Shown one piece after another: positions 1-12,550 of a stretch of DNA of 64,000 nt. A program made the position numbers and the translations under genes. Every line of letters starts with the position of its first letter. Within the stretch, counting starts at the first letter, position 1. This DNA is from Octopus vulgaris (taxonomy: Eukaryota). The notes beneath the pieces were generated by a model that made no database searches, had not been told where the DNA came from, and worked only from the letters and a program-made list of their open reading frames with translations. The stretch covers positions 84,382,001 through 84,446,000 of the forward strand of contig OX597818.1 of NCBI GenBank assembly GCA_951406725.2. The letters run 5' to 3'.

Positions 1-374
1 AAATTATAAATGCTAATGAGTTCCAGATTAAAAACTATTTTAAAAAAATTAAATCAATCTGGTATCCATTAAAATAATTTTACAGCATATTTTCGAGACA
101 ATTAACAGAAAAATAGCTGAAGGACATATGGTATAGTTCGCCCATGAATATTACTTCCAGATCAATGAGGGAGCTATTAAGTGGTCGCTCTACATGTTAG
201 AAATAACAGCCATATTTCTCTTTACTCTTTGCCCAGCCTGACTATCAAATATGATACACAGGATATATTTCCCCTAGGTCAATGTATCATATATGATCTA
301 AATTTTTCTACAACCAGTGTTGTAACTTGGAACTCAGAAGAAAGCGTTATATCACTTTTAAGCACGGGCTACTG

Positions 375-484
<110 letters not shown>

Positions 485-562
485 CGGACCAGTCATGTTT
501 AAGTGGCGATAGACATTACTTCTCGATACAGTTACTGCTAATAACTTGTTAATTTGCTTGTT

Positions 563-602
<40 letters not shown>

Positions 603-659
603 GTATGTATGTATGTATCTATGTATATATATATATATACATGTGTATGTGTATGTATG

Positions 660-705
<46 letters not shown>

Positions 706-708
<3 letters not shown>

Positions 709-1767
709 CCCGCCTGCGGCAGCATATGCACTAAGGCCACATAGTTGTCTTCATAGTATTCGACATTTGGCTACGACGTTCGGGGAGAGATTATTTTGAG
801 AGTTGTCCATGCTGTGATGTTATCTCTCCATATCTTATGTCTCCGACCTCTGCTCCTCTTTTCATTAATCATTCCTTCCAAACAGACTTTGCTGACGTCA
901 GAAGCCATTCGCTAAGTGTGACCAAGCAGTTTGAGTACTGTATCTTTGATGAGAGAGGGGATTAATGATAATTTAGTTATTTGTCGTAGATCTTTGATTC
1001 TGACACGGTCTGAGAGTTTGGTGTTCGTGATAAATCTTATTCCATGATTCTGAGAGGATTCCAGTTACTGTTGTGTAACAGAAGTCCATTTGACCCATTT
1101 TAGCCCATTTAAAACTCCTGGAAAAAACAGGTGTTGTAGTTTTTTTGATTTTACATGGTATGGGATCCCTTTTGAAGTAAGTGCAATTTTGTTCATCTCA
1201 AAAGCTGCCCAACAATGTCTGGTTCTATAGTTTACAGTTATCAATCCATCGTTTGTTTTTGAAGAGCGTGTATCCGAGGTAGATGAATTCAGAAACTTGC
1301 TTTAGTGATTTTTCATATATTGTAAGGTGAGGTCTTGGTTAGATTTGTTTGCTCTCATGCATTCTGATTTTGATGCGTTGGTAGATAGCCCTGTTTCTGC
1401 AGCATGGTTAGCAAGAGTCAACAAAAACTGTAAGGCCTGACAGGGTTCATTTATTGCAGAAATATCATCAGAATTAGATGGAAGAGGAGGTGTCCTTCGA
1501 TCGAGAATCTCAATGGACGTTCATTTTCAGTTTTAGAAAGTATTGCGGCGGTTACAATACAGAAAACTATAGTGAAAGTACAACCTGCTTCACTTCTTCT
1601 AAGATATTGACAGATCTGAAGGTTTTAATATCAGTCTTGAGGAAGGCCTTTGAATTATCGTGAGTTTTATTAGGTCTATATCTCGCTTGTTGATCCTGGT
1701 GCTTCCAAGAAATTTCCATAGATAGGAAAGATTTACATAATCAAACACTTTGATGAAATCTATGAAG

Positions 1768-1768
<1 letters not shown>
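706..1768 (-). mobile_element. Degraded 3' part of an RTE-like LINE (RT domain to C-terminus)
   Basis: Minus-strand motifs in correct order: CFIDFIKVFDYV (RT), NSDDI (YADD-like), GLSTNASKSECM, VSEFIYLG, RHCWAAF, KRSRGRRHKIWRDNI; ends in (TA)n. Many stops and frameshifts. Confidence 0.75.
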
Positions 1769-1806
<38 letters not shown>

Positions 1807-1814
1807 TAATATTA

Positions 1815-2135
1815 ATGGTAAGACAACAAAAGAATGAAAGAGACATCGATATTATGTAAATAGAGGAATTTATTTGTAATATACTTTGTGACAATTATTC
1901 GGTTGCCATGATAAAACTCCGAGTTTCGGATGTTGGGGCGGAAACCTGCACCGGCATGTCTTCAGTTATCGAGGCAATTAAAATATGCTATGAAAATGAC
2001 TGTTAAACAAAGGGAAATTACTATGTAAATGACCGTTATTACGACAAAAGAGCTATCCCGTTAACTAAGGGAAAATACCGAAGGGGAGGAAGTAAAAAGC
2101 AAAAGGTAAAGGAGTAAAAAGCTCATAGCAATCGC
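1815..2135 (-). mobile_element. Penelope-like terminal-repeat relic carrying a hammerhead motif
   Basis: 1815-1960 is homologous to 6499-6690 and contains the hammerhead fold at 1910-1970. Penelope assignment is inferred from the known association of type I hammerheads with Penelope pLTRs; right boundary approximate. Confidence 0.55.
1910..1970 (-). ncRNA. Type I hammerhead ribozyme motif
   Basis: Minus strand reads GATAA-CTGAAGA-[helix II catgccgg...aacatcc]-GAAAC TCGGA GTT-TTATC. Helix I GATAA/TTATC, near-palindromic helix III, GUU triplet; helix II has mismatches. Confidence 0.7.
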
Positions 2136-2177
2136 GAGTGCGTGCATGTACATACATACACATGCGAGCACGCACAC

Positions 2178-3440
2178 CTATTTGCCATATATTTTGCGAT
2201 GGTTTTCTGTATTGCGTTCAGAAACTGCAGATGTGTTGTTTACCTTTCTATGGAGATGATTGTGATCTAGTATGGCACCCAGAGATTGATATGCACCACA
2301 TTGTGAATGCTTTCTCTGATGTTTGTACTCTCTTAGGATTGACAGTCAGTCTCAATAAATCGGCTGTCATGTACCAACCTGCCCCTGGTAAGCAGTATAA
2401 TGAGCCAAATATCAATGTGTATGGTAAATGACTTGGTATAGTTGATCAGTTTATCTACCTGGGAAGCACAGTTAATAGATATAGCAATTTGGATAATGAA
2501 ATTCCATACAGAATTAAGAAAGCAAGTGATGCTTTCGGAAGGCTAGAAAGGCGCCTCTGAAGTCAGTGAGACATATGCAGGAAGACAAAGATAAAGGTGT
2601 ACAAGGCGTGTGTGTTCTTTTCTGTATGCTTGCGAGAGCTGGGTCTCATATCGATACCACCTTAAACAACTGGAACGTTTCCATCAGATGTGTCTCAGAG
2701 GGATCTATGATATTAAGTGGAAGGACCGCATCAGTGAGCTTGAGATATTGGAAAGCTCTCGGTGTGAAAATATAGAAGCTTTTGTGTAGAGGCAAAGGCT
2801 CAGGGTTGGTGGTTATCTGGTCAGGATGAAATTATCAAGGATGCCAAAACAACTCTTTTATGGAGAGTTAGCTAAAGGAGAACAACCTCCACATAAACCA
2901 AAAAAGAGGTTTAAAGACTTGCTGAAGGCTTCCTTGAGAGACGCTAGCATCTCTTCTGACATTTGAGAGGGAATAGCTATTGACCGTAGCAGGTGGAGAA
3001 GGATTGTGCATGAGGGGACAGCTACTTTTGAGAAATCTCGAATTGCGCATCAGAAAGTAAGGAGGGATGTCAGGAAGAGTATCACTGTTGCCCTTCCAGG
3101 CGGTAAGGGTCTTCCTATGATGCTGACATGCAGTGTATGTGCAAGACCCTGCCTCAGTAAAGCTGGACTAAAGAGTCATCTTCGTAGTTATAAAACGAGA
3201 CCGATGATTGACTATCAGGCCACTGGTGGTGGTGCTACACGCTATACTAATCAGGTCTGTCAAGCATGTGGGAAGGAGTGTGATTCGGCGAGAGGACTAA
3301 ACGACATGCAGAGGTACATGAAGCCCAATTACAACTATAGCTAGCTATTGCCGGTAAAGGTTTTAGCTACCAATTCTGTACAAGACATTGTAGATCTTTA
3401 GTTGGGCTAAAAAGTCACATTCGATCACAGCACCAATAAC
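2178..3440 (+). mobile_element. 5'-truncated degraded RTE-BovB-like LINE with C-terminal C2H2 zinc fingers
   Basis: FYGDD, LGLTVSLNKSAVM, FIYLGS, RIKKASDAFGRL, RMPKQLFYGEL..KPKKRFKD, then CSVCARPCLSKAGLKSHLR and two more fingers; stops and frameshifts. Confidence 0.85.
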
Positions 3441-3527
3441 AGTTCCACATAGGGAAATACGCTGTATATAAGTAGTAAAATAGAAGAATACAGGTAGGAG
3501 AATAGAGTTAATAGTTCATCTCTCCCC

Positions 3528-3558
<31 letters not shown>

Positions 3559-3560
<2 letters not shown>

Positions 3561-3922
3561 AGCACTATGATCCGGCAACGCCGGGTCATAGTGCTAGTGT
3601 ATGCATATACAGCTGCGTGCGCACATACACGCGAGTACTGTCTAAATCTCCGACCAATTACATACTGCTAGCTGGCATTCAATTGGCGTATCAAGTTTCG
3701 GGCACTTTGATTGGGTTTTGGATAGAAAATTCACAAAAAAGTCACTTCTATTGATTTTTTAATGGCTTTGCGGGGTGACTGGGGAAATGTAAAGATGTGC
3801 ACGATCATCCTTGGACGGTTTTAAATGACCATAGAAAGTGCGAGCCCTCTAACTGAAAAAGTGTGGATTTGTATAAAGGACACACACACACACACAGACA
3901 TTTTGCCGTTTATATATATAGA
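3559..3922 (-). mobile_element. Non-autonomous Helitron (short)
   Basis: Minus strand starts TCTATATATATAAACGGC... at 3922 and ends in a GC hairpin (CCGGC-GTT-GCCGG) plus CTGG (CTRR) at 3559, within AT context. Confidence 0.7.
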
Positions 3923-5574
3923 CTAGCAGTATCGCCCGGCGTTGCTCGGGTTTGTTTCGACCCGCTGGAATTGTAATTTTGAAAAGTAAAAATTTTGTGA
4001 ACATTTTTCTGGACGAAATACACCGAAAAGTGGCGACACTGCAGTGAAAAAATCGTAAAAAATAGGGATTTTCATAGAAAAAAGCATCTTTTTGATGTAA
4101 ATAATTTTTGGTGTTAACATGGTCCGATTTGAATTTTATGTTCTACGGAAGGAAGAGCAACCCTTCTTCTACCATACTCTCAATTTTGGTCAACTTGCGC
4201 CGCAGGGTCTCGGAGGAGATAGTGTTAGTTGAAGGTTACCATTCTAGGTGCCTGAGTAAACCTCGCAGATTTACAGATAAATGAATTAATTACTATTTTA
4301 CAGAATAAAATTAAATAATTCTTGAAAATTAATTAATATTAATATTTTTTGAACAAAGTAAATAATTTTTAAAACTTAAATAATAATTTTTTTTACACAA
4401 ACGCGAACGGGGAAAAGGGGGTGGCGAATTCGATTTACATACCTAAATTTTTTCTTTTTCATGACATTGTAGCAAAATAGTAGTGAATTATATAAATACC
4501 AGCAGTACATTTTTTTTTCTGGGGTATTTTTTTTCAACCTCGTCACATATTTGCCCCTTTCAATTTAAACAAAGTCTTAATTAGGCAATTACGGCAGCTT
4601 AGCAATGGTTTCAATACAGGCGTGACATGTGTATCTCAATTGTTCAAAACCCTTCGAATTTTTTCGCACGTGATGATATCATAGTGAAAACTTTCAATTA
4701 CGCGCGCTTAGAAGTACGCTCGCAAATTAATACTACCAAAATTTTGAAGTTCGCGCTCCGCTTGTGTGTGTGTGTGTACGTGCTTTAGGTGTACGTAGGT
4801 ATGTGTTTTTGTGTGTGTGTGTCACTGAAGCCATACATACATATATACATACATAACCTCTCTCTCTCTTTTCTCTCTCAGTCACTCACTACAAAAAGTG
4901 AATAAAAAAAGTTCAGTTATTTCTGTCTTTCACTCTGTCTGTCTCTTTACACACACTAACAAAAGCACTTCACTTACACACCACACTTTCTGTGTCGCAC
5001 AACCCATCAAACACACACACACACACACACTCACGCACGCACACATGTACATCAATGCTTTCGGAGTGAAATGTTAAAATATTGAGTTTTCTCGAATTTT
5101 GTCTTAATTGGGGGTGAAATTGAAAGAAATATATTATGGCATGACCGAATGGAGTACTTTGAAAAATCTTAGGTAAACTCTAATTGAAGAAATTGTGTGA
5201 GGAGTAAATCGTTATGTATTTATTTGTTTCTGTTTGCTGTGTTTTTTTATTTTTTTAGTAGTGGTTTAAATACTTTCAGTTTAGTCTTCCTCAAATCACT
5301 CTGTCGCTATTTACTTTCATTTTATTCGTTGCACACTGTGTGTGTGCGTGTGGTGTAAACCACATTAAGAAAAGCATTTGACATACACACCAGAATGTGA
5401 GTTTTCTGTAAATTTTGCTTAATTGGAGTTTAAATTTTAAAAACTGGACCTGGCATGACCCGATGCATTCTACTCTTAAAAATGCTAGGTAAATTGTAAT
5501 TGAAGAAATCCTATATTGTAGATTTCTATAAGTTACAAAGGGAGGCAGATAAAATCTGCCTTTTATAATAAGAG

Positions 5575-5575
<1 letters not shown>
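3923..5575 (-). mobile_element. Non-autonomous Helitron (1.65 kb)
   Basis: Minus strand 5' TCTCTTATTATAAAAGGCAG at 5575; 3' CCCGAGCAACGCCGGG hairpin then CTAG at 3926-3923. Internal ~115-bp diverged direct repeat (about 5085-5200 and 5400-5510). Confidence 0.75.
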
Positions 5576-5631
<56 letters not shown>

Positions 5632-5779
5632 GAATATGAGGGGCTTAGTTCACTGGTGATCTAAACGAATATGTGCCCTGTGTAAGTGCTATAATTGGTC
5701 ATCCGTTAGGTTCCAAGTTCACAGCTAAGGCTAGAGCTAGGGATCTGCATTAGACTTCTGTGTTAGCAGGTATATTTTA

Positions 5780-6460
5780 GAGAAAAAAGGACAAAACCCA
5801 AGGCAGGACGAGCATCTCATGTCATTTATATTAATTTAGGGTAAGGTGAATTTAAAAGACATACAGCTATTTCTGAGATATCCCAAGTGATAGGCTAGAA
5901 TGCCCGCACACAGGGTATTCCGTCATCAGAGACAAGGTATGTGTGTATGAAAGTTCAAGATAGGGAAATTCGCAGTTTATAAGGAATATAATAGAAGAAT
6001 GAAGAGTAAAAGTAGATAGACAAGAGAATAAAGTTCACAGTTCATTTTACATTTACACTTGGACCATTTACACTTAATCCATTAATTCAACATAAGCGCA
6101 TCATTCAAAATACTGCCAAAATACTGCCTGGATTTACCTGAGATTATACCTAAGAGCCTATACCTTCACGGAAGTACATACCAACCTCCATACCCTCTGG
6201 GGAGAAATGAACTATTAACTCTATTCACCTACCTGTATTCTATCAGCTCTTAATCTTTATTCTTCTATTTTACTACTTATATACAGCGTATTTCTCTATG
6301 TGGAACTTTCATACATACTCACCTTCCCTCTGATGATTGAATACTCAGTGTAGAAACACTCCAGCCTATCACTTGGGATATCCCAGGAACACCTTACCTT
6401 AAACTACTTTCAATGACTTGAGATACTCGACCTTCCTTGGATTTTGTTGTCCTTTTCTTC
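5780..6460. repeat. Diverged inverted pair of Penelope-like terminal repeats, each with a degenerate hammerhead core
   Basis: 5780-6050 is the diverged reverse complement of 6200-6460; CTGATGA cores at 5923-5929 (-) and 6330-6336 (+); a third fragment lies at 3441-3529. Confidence 0.65.
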
Positions 6461-6498
6461 CCTTTCTCTCTCTCTCTCCCTTTATATATATACATATA

Positions 6499-6618
6499 AT
6501 ATGTGACAATTATTCGGTAGCCATGATAAAACTCCGAGTTTCGGATGTCAGGGCGTAAGCCCGCTCCGGCATCCGAAACTCGGAGTTTTATCATGGCTAC
6601 CGAATAATTGTCACATAT
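6499..6618. repeat. Perfect 49-bp-arm palindrome from a hammerhead-bearing repeat
   Basis: 6499-6547 is the exact reverse complement of 6570-6618 with a 22-nt loop; homologous to the 1815-1970 element. Confidence 0.9.
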
Positions 6619-6691
6619 ATTTACAGATAAATTCCTCTATTTACAAAATATCGAGGTTTCATTCATTCTTTTGTTGTCTTGCCATTACTAT

Positions 6692-6733
<42 letters not shown>

Positions 6734-6804
6734 TGTAAATTTAGGGTGAATACTTGATAAGTGTAAGCACCTGTATACGCCAGCTAGTGGCAGAGGTGAG
6801 AGGT

Positions 6805-6845
<41 letters not shown>

Positions 6846-6851
6846 GTAAAC

Positions 6852-7230
6852 AATTATAAATAAGGGCATAAGAAAAAATTTTTCTATACCTATATGCTGA
6901 AAAATAGACCTTAGATCGTCTAACCCACATACAATATTTTTCGCTATAAATACACAGCGTGTTGAAGCGAGGAAAGCAAGCTAACAGAATTTTTTTAAAA
7001 ATTGGTTATTCCCGTGTTTCTCGCTGAAGAAGGATGAATCCTTGTGGATTCATCCAGAAATCGGTCCTATTCGTGAATAACGAATTCTTTAAAATTTCTG
7101 TAAGCTAGCTTTCTCACTTCAACAGATTGTGTATTTATAGTGAAAGAAACTGTATGTGGGTTACACGATCTAAGGTCTATTAAACATATTGCCAAAGAAA
7201 ATCTTTTTCTTTTGCCTGTATTCATAATTG
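6852..7230. repeat. Long diverged inverted repeat with a hammerhead motif at the apex
   Basis: Arms about 6852-7012 and 7075-7230 (e.g. AATAGACCTTAGATCGT.TAACCCACATACA / TGTATGTGGGTTA.ACGATCTAAGGTCTATT). Confidence 0.8.
7021..7070 (+). ncRNA. Type I hammerhead ribozyme motif (helix I degenerate)
   Basis: CTGAAGA(7024-7030)-a-GGATGAATCC ttgt GGATTCATCC-a-GAAA tcg GTC: perfect 10-bp helix II and GUC triplet. Confidence 0.65.
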
Positions 7231-7451
7231 CTTATGATTTTCACCTTAAAAGGCATTTTAATATGCTGGCCACTGATGTGTTTTTAAAATGTTATCCATA
7301 TATTAGAAGTATATGTATATATCATAATTACTTGAGTTTTATATTAAGGCAGCGAGCTAGCAGAATCGTTACATATATATATACACACATATATGTACAC
7401 ACACACACACAAACATACACACACACACGCGCACACACACACACACACATA

Positions 7452-7614
7452 TACGACGATCTTCTTTCAGTTTCCGTCTACATAATCCACTCACAAGGCT
7501 TTGGTCGGTCCGAGGCTATAGTAGAAGACACTTGTCCAAGGTGCCACGCAATGAGACTGAACCTGGAACCATGTGATTCGTAAGCAAGCTACTTAGCACA
7601 CAGCCACTTCTACG

Positions 7615-7617
<3 letters not shown>
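7452..7617 (-). mobile_element. SINE family A, 5' (tRNA-like) half
   Basis: Reverse complement of the head of the full copies at 10792 and 59257. Confidence 0.8.
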
Positions 7618-7663
<46 letters not shown>

Positions 7664-8289
7664 CAAGGGTTGAACATACAGAACGCAACAAGGATAATAA
7701 TCCTACAATGATTCATCTTAAATTTTAAAAGAAAAACGTTTAAAACTTAATTCACTTCTACTGTGCAAGAATTATAGAGTGTGGGATTGCATTCTACTGG
7801 CAGTTCTTAAACTCTCATTATTTGGAGTAATTCTAAGTTAATTATATATAAAATTCGTTGAAGACTGTAATATTCTTTGAGGCAGACCCTTCTCGGAAGA
7901 CAGTTGGATGTGAAAGGTAGTGTTTAATTAGGTAATAAAATACCGATACTTTTCTTCGAGAGATAGGTATGACTGGTTTAACTGATGTAATGCTGTATAC
8001 GCGCAACTATTATGCTTGTCAGTTGTTTGTGTCTTCTTTCCTTCGTTAAGAACATTTAACCTTTAATAACCGTGTCTCAAAGCTTTGTGGGATAAAACGG
8101 ACGATTTTATAGAATCCAGCACTTGATTGGTGCTTTATTTCAAAGACTCAGGATAGATGAAATGGAAAGTCGAAATCAAAGAGATTTATGCTCAGGATGT
8201 AAAGATCCATAACGACCATATTGCCGTTTGATTGGCTCCCCTCTGAGGATTCTTCGAACTAAAACTCAAGTAATTATAATAATAATTCT

Positions 8290-9520
8290 TTCTAATTTTA
8301 GAACATGGCCAGCAATTTTGAGACGAGAGGAAGTTCGATTAAATCGACCCTGCTACAAAACTAGTTCTCTATTTTATCGATCCCTGTGAGATGAAAGGCA
8401 AAATTGATCTCAGCTGGATTTGACCCATTAAGCATTTTCCCGCCTCTGCAAGCTTGCTCCTTCCTTTGTAAGACTAATATAATTGGCACAAGGCCTGCAG
8501 CAGGGCAGGAGGGGGGGCTAGCCGATTACATCGACCCCACTGTTTAACTGGTACCTATTTTATTGACCATGGAAGAATTAAAGGGAAAGTGATATCAACG
8601 CCATTTTAACATAGAACTTAATGTTGGGAGAAATACCGCTAAGCATTTTTCCTGGCGCAGTAGCGATTCTTCTAGCTCACCGCCTTAATATAAATCTCTG
8701 ATATAGGTTACAAAGTTATAGCAAGCAAGCAAGCAGAATCATTAGCATGTTGCGCAAAATGCTTAACGGTATTTCGTCCGTCTTCACATTCTGAGTTCAA
8801 ATTCCCCTGAAGTTGACGTTCACATTTTCAGTCTTTATAAAATAAGTAGTTGAGCACTGGGATTGCTGTCATCGCTTTACACCCACAATTGCTGAACTTG
8901 TGCCAAAATTTGAGACGAATGACAGTACAAAGTCACATTTCACAATCGATTTGATTACCAGCTATACTTGACTGGTAACTATTTTTCTGGACAACAGAAG
9001 AATAAAAGACATAGCGAGGTTTCATATCAGAAGTTAAAGTGATAACACAATATTGGAAGGTATTTTGACTGTTACTCTACCGATATTATCAAACAGTGCT
9101 CCTGTAATAATCCTTTTTACCTTAGGCATAAGGCCTGAAATTTTGGTACAAGCGACAAATCAAGCCCAGTGCTCAAATGGTAATTATTTCATTGAAACAG
9201 AAAAGATGAAAGACAAAGTCGACCTCGGAGGAATTTGAACTCGAAACGTAAAGCTAGAAGAAATACCACTAAGAATTTTGTCTGAGACAAGAAACGATTC
9301 TGCCACTACGCCGCCTTAGTGTACCTGTGATAGTGATTTCAAATTTTAGCGTGAAGCCGGCAATTTTGAGGCATAAAGTAAGTCGATTACATCGACTCCA
9401 GTGCTCAAGTGCTATTCATTTTATCGACACGCGAAGGCGTTGTTTGAACTCAGAACATAATGATGGACAAATTGGTGGTTAGCATTTTGCCCTGCGTGCA
9501 TCTGATTCTGCCAGCCTTTA
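8290..9520. mobile_element. Cluster of degraded SINE family B copies in both orientations
   Basis: Repeated diverged matches to the 25094 copy (GGTCGA.TTTGCCTTTCATC / GATGAAAGGCAAAGTCGACC core). Confidence 0.65.
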
Positions 9521-9652
9521 GTGGTTCAGTAATCATAAGCGAGATATATCAATTTTTGTTTTTTACTTTCTATTTAAGAAACATTCCGTGTTTTTGCTCG
9601 GCTGTTTGCTGCCACATCTTAACATTGCATGACAGCTACAAGGAGTGGAACA

Positions 9653-9712
<60 letters not shown>

Positions 9713-9902
9713 ACAGAAGCAAAGAACAAAAAACATGAACATTGAATAGACAAGATCTGTCAAAGATGAAGGAACCATTTAAAGGCTTTCAGCTTTTTCA
9801 GACTGCACCCTATTTACTTTCACTCTTTAGATTTAGGCCTTCCAAACAGAATTGCTATGGCACTGCAAATGGATAGATATATAGATAGATAAATAGATAG
9901 AC

Positions 9903-9957
<55 letters not shown>

Positions 9958-9982
9958 CAGACAGACATACAGGCAGACAGAC

Positions 9983-10053
<71 letters not shown>

Positions 10054-10069
10054 CAGACAGCACAGACAT

Positions 10070-10450
10070 GTCTAAGTGGTCAAGAAACGTAGTTACGGTT
10101 TCACTGCCGCTGCGCGGCACCTTGCCTGATAGCTTCTACTATAGCATCGAGCCAACCAATACATAGAGTCTAAATTTAGTAGACGGAAACTTTAAAGAAG
10201 TCTGTTGTTTATATGTGTGTGTATGTCTTTCTGTTTATATTGTGTTCGTTTGCCCAACTTTTGACAACTGGTGCTGGTTTGTTTACATCGCTGTAAAATA
10301 GCGTTTCAGCGAAAAGGAATCGACAGAATAGGTATTAGGCTTTAAAAAAAATAAATAAATAAAATAATACTGGGAGTGATTTGTTAGACTACACCTCACA
10401 TGACTATTCTCGAGCATGGCCGTAGTTCAATGACATAAGCTAATAAAATA
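10070..10450 (+). mobile_element. Degraded SINE family A
   Basis: Diverged colinear match to 10792-11209. Confidence 0.6.
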
Positions 10451-10791
10451 CACACACACACATACACACACACACACATATTCACTCACTCACATATAGG
10501 GTGTTGCGTTCACGACTGCAAGGTCGTGCTTCATTTCTTATTATAACTGTGCGATGTACTTTGAGGAAGATGTAACTGCTATGTCTTGCAAGCTAAAGGA
10601 CTACGTAGAACCTCGTTCGTCCGCTAGCAATTACTAACTTCGAATGCTTTAGACGTTGATTAGCTGTCGGTTTCTAAATGCAACATAAACCAAACAGAAA
10701 TTTAAAAGAAATGTTTATAGTTTAACATTGGCAAGAGGTTAAGAGGAGGCAACGGCAATAATTCCTGCTATTTCCTGTGATTACTACAGCT

Positions 10792-11209
10792 GAGTGGCTG
10801 TGTGGTAAGTAGCTTGTTTACCAACCACATGGTTCCGGGTTCAGTCCCACTGCGTGGCACCTTGGGCAAGTGTCTTCTATATAGCCTCGAGCCGACCAAA
10901 GCCTTGTGAGTGGATTTGGTAGACGGAAACTGAAAGAAGCCCGTCGCATATATGTATATACATATATATATATATACGTGTGTGTGTTTGTGTGTCTGTG
11001 TTTGTCCCCCTAGCATTGCTTGACAACCGATGCTGGTGTGTTTATGTCCCCGTCACTTAGCGGATCGGCAAAAGAGACCAATAGAATAAGTACTGGGCTT
11101 ACAAAAGAATAAGTCCCGGGGTCGAGTTGCTCGATTAAAGGCGGTGCTCCAGCATGGCCGCAGTCAAATGACTGAAACAAGTAAAAGAGTAAAAGAGTAA
11201 AGAGAGTAA
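10792..11209 (+). mobile_element. SINE family A, near full length (tRNA-derived head, internal TA/TG tract, (AAAGAGTA)n-like tail)
   Basis: A-box-like TGGCTGTGTGG and B-box-like GGTTCAGTCCC; nearly identical to 59257-59660; further partial copies at 12820-13030, 21468-21612, 53817-53968, 58315-58520, 58780-58928. Confidence 0.9.
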
Positions 11210-11299
11210 AATGTCTTCACCATCACGGCAAGCATCAGCCTAAAATGGATTCCCAACGCAGTCGCTTGACTGACTACAAAACTTTTATCGTTTACCTGT

Positions 11300-11680
11300 T
11301 ACCTTTTACTTGTTTCAGTCATTCCATTGCGGCCATGCTGAAGCACTGCATTGAAAACGTTTTAGTGGAATGAATCGAACCAAATACTCTTTTATGTGTA
11401 AACTTGGTACTTATTCTATCGCTCTTTTTTGCCGAAAGGCTAAGTTATGCTTATGTAAACAAACCAACATTTGTTGCCAAGCGTAGGTGGTGGAACAAAT
11501 ACAAGCACACGCATATAGATATATCGCATATATACGACGGGCTTCTTTCTGTTTCGCTCTGCCAAATCCACTCACAACGTTTTGATCGGCTCAGGATTAC
11601 AGTAGAAGATACTTATCGGTGGGACTGAAACCCGGAAGAATACGGTTGGGAGGCGAACTTCTTACCACACAGTCACACCT
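11300..11680 (-). mobile_element. Degraded SINE family A
   Basis: Reverse-complement match to the family A body and tail. Confidence 0.7.
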
Positions 11681-11844
11681 GTGGTTATAAACAAACTTCT
11701 CACAAATCGAAATCTAGATAATGCAATGTCGAAAAGATGGTCATGGCTGTGATGGTCATAGCTGGAATGTCTTTAGTCACAAGTCTGCTGGATCATGGCT
11801 GACCTATGGTTAAAACAACATCCTTAACATAAACACTATTTTAT

Positions 11845-12206
11845 TTTCATCGTTATCATCCTCGAAACCACGGTGATGGTGACTATCAACTTCTTCATTA
11901 TCAGAATCCTCTTCTTCCTCCGCCTTCTCCTTATGATCATCGTCGTAATTATCATTTTAACGTCATCATGGCAATTACCTCGCTTTTATTATCATGATCA
12001 TCCTCATCAATATCTTCGTCATCAACAAAACCATCTAACTAATCATCATGAAGCATCACCAGCTTTACAATGTTCATCAACGTCATCATCATCATCTCAT
12101 CGTCATGATTATCACCATCAACTTCTTCAATATCAGCATCATTATCCTTCTCATCATCATCATGAACCAACACCATCTTGACAATGATCATCATCGTCAT
12201 CATCAC

Positions 12207-12261
<55 letters not shown>

Positions 12262-12466
12262 GTTATCATCATCATCAACATCATCATCATCATCGTTATC
12301 ATCATCATCATCATCGTTACCATCATCATCATCATCATTGTCGTCGTCGTCGTCATCATCATCATCATCATCGTTATCATCATCATCATCATCATCATCA
12401 TTGTCGTCGTCGTCGTCATCATCATCATCATCATCATCGTTATCATCGTTGTCTTCATCATCATCC

Positions 12467-12498
<32 letters not shown>

Positions 12499-12550
12499 TT
12501 CGCCGTTGTCGTCGTCGTCATCACCATCAGCTGCAGCAACAGCAGCTGCT
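11845..12550. repeat. (CAT)n/(CGT)n trinucleotide tract
   Basis: Direct reading; source of the poly-His/Met/Ile/Ser pseudo-ORFs. Confidence 0.95.
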
